Positions 23,846 to 32,084 of a DNA stretch of 32,084 nucleotides are shown piece after piece. The stretch comes from Octopus sinensis (taxonomy: Eukaryota): positions 1 through 32,084 of the forward strand of contig NW_021832793.1 in NCBI RefSeq assembly GCF_006345805.1, in the 5' to 3' direction. Every line of letters begins with the position of its first letter. The stretch's first letter is position 1. A model generated the notes under the pieces. It searched no databases, was not told the origin of the DNA, and was given only the letters and a program-made list of their open reading frames with translations. Made by a program: the position numbers and the translations under genes.

Positions 23846-24610
23846 TATCATTGTTTATAATAATATCGATGGTTAAGCATGAACTAAGAGTTGCTTTTTT
23901 TCTCAAAGTTCGATATCACGGTGATACGGGTATATCCGACTTTTTCGGTTTTCGATTATTTTCGTCATTGGTACGGGCTTTTAGGAATTTTATTCATTTG
24001 CCCGCTTTAACCTTTGTGTTTAATTGAAAACTTGCGGTTTGGTCATTTTGACTGCTGTATTTAGCATGCCCGTACTGCTATTGTTATAAATAATAATATC
24101 CTCATATATGTGTATATATATATAATATAACTAATATATAAATATATGCATATATACATACATATATGTACATACCTACATATATATGTATATATACATG
24201 CATATATGGGTAGATGACATCAAAAAAACGTTGAACACAATGAGAAACGAAAGCATAAAAATAAAAACATAGAAACGAACTTTTTTTCGAACAACGAAAA
24301 AGAGAAACCAGACATACAACATAAAGAATATTCTCCTTCTTCGGTTGTCCCTATTTCATCTACTCCACGTTTTCGAAGGCAAGGACAAAACACGACTTCA
24401 TTGATACAGTCCTTCCCGCTAAGCAGATTAAATAAAATTTGAAATTGTTTGCGGAGTGTGAAAGTGGTAACAAGAACAGGACAGTGAGAACAAAACAGTA
24501 AAAACAAACGGTGAGGGTTGTTAAGTCAAGACGATAGAAAAATTATTCTGAACGCTAGGAAGACGAACTTATGAGAGGAGACAGTATATGCACGTTTATA
24601 TAAATATATA

Positions 24611-24838
24611 TCTTTTATCTTTATCTTTTACTTCTTCCTGTCATTAGACTACGGCCATGCTGGGACACCACCTTGAGGAATTTTAGTCAAATGAATCGTC
24701 ACTAGTAATTGTTTCTTAAAGCCTGGTACTTATTCTATCGGTCTCTTCTGCAGAATCGCTAAGTTACGGGGACGTGAACAGAACATCACCAGTTGTCAAG
24801 CAGTGGTGAGATATAAAACTTAGACACAGACACACGTG
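24611..24838 (-). mobile_element. 3' module of the CORE-type SINE
   Basis: GGTACTTATTCTATCGGTCTCTT...CGCTAAGTTACGGGGACGT...GTTGTCAAGC. Confidence 0.75.
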
Positions 24839-24846
24839 TATGTACA

Positions 24847-25168
24847 GGATCACTCCGTCGGTTACGACGACGAGCGTCCCACCTGATACTATCAACGGAA
24901 CAGCTTGCTAGCGAAATTAACGTGCAAGTGGCTGAGAACACGACAGCACCTGTACCCTAAACGTAGTTGTCAGGGAGATTCAGCGTGACACAGAGTGTGA
25001 CAAGGCTGGCCCTTCAAAATACAGGAACTACTCATTTTTGCCAGCTGAGTGGACTGGGGCAGCGTGAAATTTGGCGCCTTGCTCAAGGACACAACGCGTC
25101 GCCGGGAACTGAACTCACGACCTTACGCTCGTGAGCCGAATGTTCTGACCACTAAGCCACGCGCCTTC
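24847..25168 (-). mobile_element. tRNA-derived CORE-SINE, same head family as 14114
   Basis: Minus strand GAAGGCGCGTGGCTTAGTGGTCAG, GAGTTCAGTTCCC, GTGTCCTTGAGCAAGG, CCACTCAGCTGGCAAAAATGAGTAG. Confidence 0.8.
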
Positions 25169-25201
25169 ACTGTATGTGTGTGTATGTATATATATATATA
25201 C

Positions 25202-25455
25202 ATAAATGAGAAAAAAACCCACCTTTTATCAATTCAAAATGAACAATTAAATTACACCATCTAGAAAATTACATATAATAGAAATATTAAAATTAAAATA
25301 ACAATAATATACCAATGATTAAGTAAATTGCAAAAGAAATAAAAACGTATATAATTGGTATTTTAATTTTAATATTTCTATTATATGTAATTTTCTAGAT
25401 GCTGTAATTTAATTGTTCATTTTGAATTGATAAAAGGTGTTTTTTTCTAATTTAT
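25202..25455. repeat. AT-rich near-perfect palindrome (arms about 100 bp), foldback/MITE-like
   Basis: CCTTTTATCAATTCAAAATGAACAATTAAATTACA...AAAATTAAAATA is mirrored downstream with few mismatches; spacer about 35-50 nt. Confidence 0.88.
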
Positions 25456-25481
25456 ATATATATATATATAGTCCTTCATCC

Positions 25482-25722
25482 TTTCACCCCTACTCCCCTT
25501 CCCTTCTTCCCTCTTTCTCCCTCCCTCCTTCCCTCTTCCCCTTCCCTCTGCTCCCTCACTCCCCTTCTCTCTCCTCCTCTCCCTCTTTCCTCCCCCTCCT
25601 CCTCCCCTTTCTCCTCCCCCTCCTATCCCCTCCCCGCCCCCTCCTCTTCCCCTCTCCTCCCCCTCTCCTCCCCCTCCTCTCCCCCCTCCCCCTCTTCTCC
25701 CCCTCCCCCTCCTCTCCTCTCT
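25482..25722. repeat. C/T-rich low-complexity tract (G-rich on the minus strand)
   Basis: Direct reading. Confidence 0.9.
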
Positions 25723-25774
25723 CCACACTACACCACACGACTTTACACATCACATCATATATGATGTGCCATAC

Positions 25775-26128
25775 TAATACATACACCAACTAATACATAC
25801 TAATACGTACTAATACATACTAATACATACTAATACATACAGCAACCCTATACATACACACGTCCAGACCTCTCATACGCACTTATACTCTCTCATACAC
25901 ACACACACACACTTATACATACTAATACGTACTAATACATACTATACATAATAATATACATACACCACCCATACATACGCACGTCCAGACCTATCATACG
26001 CATTAATACTCTCTCATACACACACACACACACACACACCCACACACACCCTTATACATACTAATACATACTAATACATACACCAACCCTATACATACAC
26101 ACGTCCAGACCTCTCCTACGCACTAATA
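25775..26128. repeat. Minisatellite, about 120-bp unit, three copies
   Basis: ACGTCCAGACCT at 25860, 25981 and 26101. Confidence 0.85.
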
Positions 26129-26137
26129 GCTGGTCAT

Positions 26138-26173
26138 TCAACCCTATTATCAACCCTATTATCAACCCTATTA
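26138..26173. repeat. 12-bp tandem repeat (TCAACCCTATTA)x3
   Basis: Three perfect copies. Confidence 0.9.
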
Positions 26174-26234
26174 TCTCCCCTTATTTCGCTCTCGCGTCTC
26201 ATGTTTGATCTTTGACCTCTGGCCGAAATCAGAT

Positions 26235-26450
26235 CGCCATGTTGATTCGTTAGTTACTGCACGCATTTTTTTCTCTCCTTCTTTCTGTGTTTTTTTTTCT
26301 CTCTGTGTATCTTTCTGTTGAAGAGCGTAGGCTCGAAACGTTAAAGACTTGTTTTATTTATATTCCTGAGCGCCATACTAATACAATGTGTTTGTTTGTT
26401 TCCCTCCACCTGCCTTCGTCTTTTGTCTATTTTCATAAAGCTTCCCGTTA
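26235..26450 (+). mobile_element. Most complete copy of the short hammerhead-bearing repeat family
   Basis: CGCCATG...CGTTAGTTACT, pyrimidine spacer, hammerhead motif, then CCTGAGCG...ACTAATACA...CCACCTGCCTTCGTCTTTTG, ending at (TATC)/(TA)n. Confidence 0.75.
26310..26347 (+). ncRNA. Minimal hammerhead-like motif, CUGUUGA core variant
   Basis: UCUUU-CUGUUGA-A-GAGC-guag-GCUC-GAA-ACGU-U-AAAGA: 5-bp stem I, 4-bp stem II, loopless palindromic ACGU as stem III. Confidence 0.6.
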
Positions 26451-26460
26451 TATCTATCTA

Positions 26461-26499
<39 letters not shown>

Positions 26500-27027
26500 C
26501 TACATTGTGTGAAATTTGATTTAGTATTTCTAAATTGAATTTTTCCCTGTAAGTTAAGATTAATATTCACTCAAATAATAATTATTATTATATATATATA
26601 TTGGAGGTTCCCTGTGTCAAAAAATATTATTCGTAGCAGACGTTTCCTCGACATCTTTCACACGCGCCTGACTCGGGCTCAGAAATTACTGCCCGAGTTG
26701 TTATCTCTAATCGTAAAAATTGAAAGTAATTCAAACGCAATGTTTTCTCGAAACAGTAAATTTCTATAGAGATTAGGATTTAAATTCCAGTCTATGCAAA
26801 GTTTCTGTTCTACAATACTCTTAAAGGAACGAAAAATTATCCATCAACTCGAGCTAATACGAACGTGCCTGGTAGGTGTAAAAGATTAACTCGTATCTCT
26901 TGTCACGAGTACAAGTGACACTCATATCGTTGATGCTTGTTCTGCACTCCGCTGTTGTTATTTGATTGCTGTTATTCCGTGCGTCTGTCTGTGAAGATCA
27001 ATTGGGTTTTGCAGGGTTATTTTATTT

Positions 27028-27315
27028 TTATCTTAACGTAGAAATGGAGAAAGACATAGTGCTACATATTGTTGCTTTTGGAAATTTCGTCAACTTAACA
27101 ATTTGATTGGCAGAGTGCCCGGCGTGTACCAAAACAACAACGGTAGAAAGATTCTGTCGTTCCATGACTTTCTTTTAACGAATCAGTTCGCTATTTACTT
27201 GAAAAATAAAGAGGATGATTAGAATTTTAAGCAAGCAAGGATTTGTAAAAAATTAAATGTTAAACCCACTAAGTCAGCTGCTTAAAATTGGTCTCAGTTT
27301 ATCTGAAAGACCGTG
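27028..27315 (-). mobile_element. 5' end of a decayed Tc1/mariner (maT-like) transposon: terminus plus HTH-coding start
   Basis: Minus strand TA|CACGGTCTTTCAGATAAACTGAGACC; ATG at 27165 gives MERQNLSTVVVLVHAGHSANQIVKLTKFPKATICST..., resembling maT transposase N-termini. Partner TIR not found. Confidence 0.55.
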
Positions 27316-27778
27316 TATATATATTACAGATAATCTCCCACGCTTAACATATCAATGAAATTGAATTATTGAATTTATGGTCAAATTCGTTTCAGGTACT
27401 GCAATGCTCTAAGGATATTAGGCATACGAATTTTAAAAAATACTGGGTTCACACAAATAGATATCTCCAGCTGCCATGCATCCATCAACCTTTTCCCAAT
27501 AAATAAGGTACTCATTTTTACGAGGAAAAACTCTAAACTAAGAACGAATCCATATTGTATTAGAAGTTAGGAAATCAATTATCGAATATGAATATCAGAG
27601 TAAACTTTGGACTTGGAAGGAAAGGCCAAGCAACTTTAATATCACTATGGGCTTGAGTGAGTCCCTCTCAGCTGAAGTATTAGGAGGATATATATATATA
27701 TATATATAAGAATTTTTGTGTTATACGATAAAAAAACAAGGCTGTGTAGACATAAGAGCATTTATAGACAGAAGGTAC

Positions 27779-27827
27779 TACAGCTATTTCTAGAATATTT
27801 ATTAATTATATCCTTTCATCAGAGACG
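27779..27827 (-). ncRNA. Degenerate hammerhead-like motif, third sequence family
   Basis: Minus strand CUGAUGA-A-AGGAUAU-aauuaauaa-AUAUUCU-A-GAA-AUAGCUGU-A. Stem II 7 bp, quasi-palindromic stem III; stem I partner not evident. Confidence 0.45.
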
Positions 27828-28929
27828 ATGTGAGAGGATGGTTAAGTCATAGATATATTCATACATATATATATAAATACATACATATATTAGATTTATA
27901 TTTAATGTAGGATAAATTTTTCGAAATAAAAAATATTATCAATGGCCAGCATATTAAAAAATACCTTTAAAGGCTAAATTTATAAACAACTCATAAATAA
28001 GGGCAAACGAAAAACAATTCTAATGCCAAATATGCCGAAATTAGACACATTGTCCTCACCCATATAATTTTTCACAACACGCGCGCTACTCGAAAAAGGT
28101 CGAAAGAAATTTCTAAAAAATTCCATTATTACCATATCGGACCGATTTCAGCGTTAGTTCATAAGAACCCTCCCTTCGTCAGTGATAAATGTGGCAAAGA
28201 AATAAATGAGATACTTACTCATACACATGGAAGAAGCAAACACTGAGTCATGAGCACAATTAAGTACCCCAAATACATCCAAAATTCTCCAGCCCATTCG
28301 AGAGACGTGCGATTATATATATATATATTATATATATATAATGTATCTATGCAACAGGGTTCTGCACTTTTTCTGTCGGCCAGACATCACTAAGATCTAG
28401 TTGGTCAACTAGAGATTATAGTAAAAAAACAAAAAAAAACTCGTGCTGCGTGGTTTGATCAGACGTAAATCCTTGAAGCTGCGAAAAGAACTTCGTTCTT
28501 ATCGAACACACTAAAGTTATTTTTGTTCCATTCCATATTCTTATTATGGATATTTCATTCCGTATCAGATTTTGTCCGCTTGTAAAGAAAAATAAAATAA
28601 ACAACAATAACGGATTATTGCAAAATTTGATTATTTATAATCTTCCAAATACTGTTGCTGTAGTTGTTGTTGCTTTTGTTGTTGGAATGGCAGGAAAGTC
28701 TGCGCACCGGAAGCTCTGTATATTCAGAATTCAATTTTCCTATTAATACTTGCTGCGGCCGACATAATCTCTGAACTCCCGTTTTTCAAAATGGCCGGAC
28801 CTGTGATTAAATCAGAAAGCAATACAAGTGGATTAGCAGATTAGTTAAGTCCTCGAAAATGCCTTGGAGCATTTTGTTCAAAATCTTTACGATCTGAGTT
28901 CAAGTCTGACCGGGATCAGTCGATCAGAC

Positions 28930-29710
28930 AGGGAGATATGTATACAGATAGACAGACAAACAGACTGACAGAGAGATATATACGTACATATCTAGACACG
29001 TATTAATGTATATATGTATGCATGTATGTATGCATGTATGTTTGTATGTATGTATGCATGTATGTATGCATGTATGTATGTATGTATGTATGTATGTATG
29101 TATGTATGCTTGCATGAATGTATGAATGCATGCATTCATGTATGTATGTATGTATGCATGTATGTATGTATGTATGTATGTATGTATGTAGTGTATGTAT
29201 GTATGTATGTATGTATGTGTGTATGTATGTGTGTATGTATGTATGTGTGCATGTATGTATGTATGTGTGTATGTGTGTATGTGTGTATGTATGTGTGTAT
29301 GTATGTATGTGTGCATGTATGTATGTATGTGTGTATGTGTGTATGTGTGTATGTATGTGTGTATGTATGTATGTGTGCATGTATGTATGTATATATGTAT
29401 GAATGTATGTTTGTATGTATGTATGTATGTATACATGAATGCATGCATAAATGTATGAATGCTTGCATTCATGTATGTATGTACGCGTTGCATGCATGAA
29501 TGTATGTATGTATGTATGTATGTATGTGTGTGTGTATGTATATATGTATGTGTGTATGTATGTATGTATGTATGTATGCATGCGTCTGTGTATGTATGTT
29601 TGCATGCATGTATGAATGTATGTGTATACATATGTATATATATATGTATGCATGCATGCATGTCTGTCTGTCGTCTGTCTGTCCTGTCTGTCTGTATGTA
29701 TGTATGTATA
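28930..29710. repeat. (TATG)n/(TGCA) degenerate tetranucleotide array
   Basis: Direct reading; opposite orientation to the 2-6 kb array. Confidence 0.95.
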
Positions 29711-30004
29711 CCTATTTATTCTTGTATTCTATATTTTTACGTAGATATTCTCCTTTCACCAGCGATATTCTCCTTTAAACAATGCGATACGCTCCTCTCA
29801 CTAGCTTTCAACAAATAGTTACAATTATATCGGCTCCCATATCTCTCTGTTAAATAGCATTCCAGTCCTTTGGGAATACCCAGTTTGTGTTTGCCCATAC
29901 AGTAATACACCGTTTATTTCATCCTTTATTTCAGCATCTCTTCAACCAAAATGACCGCATCTACAACGGCCCCAGCCATAGAGAAACTAATTTCTTGTAC
30001 GACT

Positions 30005-30232
30005 TTTACCTTTTACTTGTTTCAGTCTTTAGGCTGCGGTCATGCTGTAGCACTACCTTGAAGAATCTTTAGTCGAAAGCATCTATCCAGTCCTTTTTCG
30101 CTTTTAAAACCTGGTACTTATTCTATAGGGCTGTTTTGCCGAATCGCTAACATACGGGACTTAAACACGCCAGCACCGGTTGGCAAACGGTGGTGGTGGG
30201 GTGCAGTTGAGTGGGACAAACACAGACACAAA
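30005..30232 (-). mobile_element. 3' module of the CORE-type SINE
   Basis: TTTTACTTGTTTCAGTC...CCTGGTACTTATTCTAT...GCCGAATCGCTAA...GGGACAAACACAGACAC. Confidence 0.75.
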
Positions 30233-30370
30233 GACACACGTACACACACGCATACATACTTACATACTTACATACATACATATATATAAATACATATATA
30301 AATATATATATGTATGTATGTATATTTATATATAATATATATATATGTTATGTATATATGATATATATAT

Positions 30371-30520
30371 ATAGGAAGAGTTTACGAAAAAAACAAAAGA
30401 CGAAGACAGGTGGTGTACAAAACAAACAGATGTATTAGTATAACGCTCAGGAATAGAAAAAGTCATTTACGTTTCGAGCCTACGCTCTTCTACAGAAGTG
30501 ACTAACGATCTATCATGGCG
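30371..30520 (-). mobile_element. Copy of the short hammerhead-bearing repeat family
   Basis: Minus strand begins CGCCATGATAGATCGTTAGTCACT directly before the hammerhead motif; 3' end abuts (TA)n. Confidence 0.75.
30461..30503 (-). ncRNA. Minimal hammerhead-like motif, CUGUAGA core variant
   Basis: AGUCACUU-CUGUAGA-A-GAGC-guag-GCUC-GAA-ACGU-A-AAUGACU; stem I 7 bp with one bulged C; cleavage triplet GUA. Confidence 0.6.
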
Positions 30521-30689
30521 TCTGACTCGGACAGAAGGGTCATACACCAGAAGGCAAGTAGGGGAGATAACAAAGTAAAGATGACCCCCCAACACGAAGG
30601 TGCGTGCGTGTATAAGAGAGTATGTATGTGCGTGTGAAAGAGGGCTGGTGGTCTGGACGTGTGCATGTATGTATGTGTAAGTGTGAAAA

Positions 30690-31064
30690 TGTGGGGATGG
30701 GTGTGTGGGTGGTGTGCTGTGATGTGATGTGGTTGGGAGGTGGGGGAGGCGAGACTGGGGCAAGCACGGTGGGGTGTGGGTTCGGCTGAGGGTTGGGGTA
30801 GAGTTGGGGTTTTGTGGGTAGGCAGAGGGTGGGGGTAGAGGTGGGGTATGTGGAGGAGGGTGTGTGGGATGGGATGGGGGTGGGAAGGATAGGGAAGGTG
30901 GAGTAGGAATGTTTAGGGGTGGCTGGTCTTATGGGGGAGGGGAAGGTGGGTATGTGAGGAGAGAGAGGAGGAGAGAAGAGAGAATGAGAGGGTGAAGGTG
31001 TAGGAGAGAAGAGAGAAAGAGAGAAGAGAGAAAAAGAGTAAGAGGGAAGAGGGAAGGATGTATG

Positions 31065-31070
<6 letters not shown>
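30690..31070. repeat. G/purine-rich low-complexity tract
   Basis: Many GGGG/GGG runs and (GA)-rich sequence. Confidence 0.85.
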
Positions 31071-31096
<26 letters not shown>

Positions 31097-31130
31097 TATG
31101 TGTGCATGTTTCTATGTATATGTGTGTATA

Positions 31131-31301
31131 TACGACGGTCTTCTTTCAGTTTCCATCCCCTAAATCCACTCACAAGGCTTGGATAGGCCCGTGGCTATAG
31201 TAGAAGACACTTGCCCTAGTTTCTTGCAGTGTGACTGAACGCTGAACCCACTGCGTGGAACCTTGGGCGGGTGTCTCTTACCATAGCCTCGAGCCGACCA
31301 A
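31131..31301. mobile_element. CORE-type SINE head fragments in opposite orientations
   Basis: 31131-31245 is a minus-strand head/CORE part; 31248-31301 is plus-strand CCACTGCGTGGAACCTTGGGC...ATAGCCTCGAGCCGACCAAA. Confidence 0.65.
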
Positions 31302-31305
31302 AAAG

Positions 31306-31347
<42 letters not shown>

Positions 31348-31617
31348 TTAGAGATGGTAGACCCCTACGAATTACTCACACCTTATTTCCTGCAACTTTA
31401 AACTATTATTTAATTAATATATTGTCTAAATAGTAAAACATGGTTCACGAAACTCCTAAAATGAATCATGGGAATATTACTTTTTTTATTTCGTATAATT
31501 CCGTATTATTCCGCCCATCTAATTCACACACTAGTTATTATTCATCACCCATCTAATGGTAATTTATTCATATTAAATAATTATATAATTATAGTATTAT
31601 ATATATATATATTATAT

Positions 31618-31650
<33 letters not shown>

Positions 31651-31689
31651 CTCAAATGTAGTTTAAAATACATTAAAAATGTATGGGTA

Positions 31690-31730
<41 letters not shown>

Positions 31731-31731
<1 letters not shown>

Positions 31732-31790
31732 TAGCTGAAGTAACCCGGTAAAAATTTACCGTTAATAATATGTCTGTTTATAACCGTACA
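31731..31790 (+). mobile_element. Possible Helitron-like terminus after (TA)n
   Basis: CTAGCTGAAGTAACCCGGT resembles the CTAGC...ACCCG ends of non-autonomous Helitron-like repeats; the other end was not seen. Confidence 0.25.
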
Positions 31791-32084
31791 ACATGTTTCG
31801 TCAACTTTCGACATTTTTCAAAAATTTTAAATCTATATTAATGAGTAGGATCAATCTGACAAAAAAATGAGCCGAGTCTGTTAGCAAACCCGTGTCGTTA
31901 TCATTTTTGTGCATGTACATAAAATGGCGAAATGTTACGCTTTGGGGCAGATTTCGCCGAACTGATGTCACGATGGCTGGTGTGCAAAACGCTTAAATTT
32001 TGCTTGGTATATAAAATGCTGTTACCTAATAATACCTGAAATGCTGGGGAACTAAAACAACGAATTAAAGTGATAACATTTAGC

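Larger units (their letters stand above)
22880..24081. mobile_element. Long-inverted-repeat (foldback-like) element with arms of about 200 bp and two nested insertions
   Basis: Left arm 22880-23278, minus the insert, mirrors right arm 23879-24081, e.g. ACCCGTATCGCCGTGATATCGAACTTT versus AAAGTTCGATATCACGGTGATACGGGT. Confidence 0.85.

Noticed and set aside
26670-26860. Small hairpin ACTCGGGC/GCCCGAGT and a short distant inverted match
   Set aside because: An 8-bp stem and a mismatched match of about 15 bp are expected by chance; no TSD.
28924-29818. ORFs of 90-245 aa
   Set aside because: Microsatellite translations.

Overview
Eukaryotic non-coding DNA, most likely an intron or intergenic stretch of an octopod cephalopod genome. 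This is inferred from the tRNA-derived SINE families and the very high microsatellite content, not from a search. Nearly all supplied ORFs are artefacts of simple repeats: (TA)n, (TACA)n, (GGAT)n, (ATT)n and (GATA)n. Supported content: a 4.3-kb (TACA)n array; many SINE copies of at least four families; decayed Tc1/mariner-superfamily transposons (an internally deleted mariner and two maT/DD37D-type remnants); several MITE-like or foldback elements, one carrying nested insertions; a 197-bp collapsed LTR element with a tRNA-Ser PBS; and one candidate 135-nt protein-coding exon on the minus strand. The most interesting signal is six type I hammerhead-ribozyme-like motifs in three sequence families. 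Four belong to one short repeat family (probably Penelope-like or retrozyme-like) that has U in place of the conserved core A6 (CUGUNGA). All structures were read by eye; none was folded computationally or tested.
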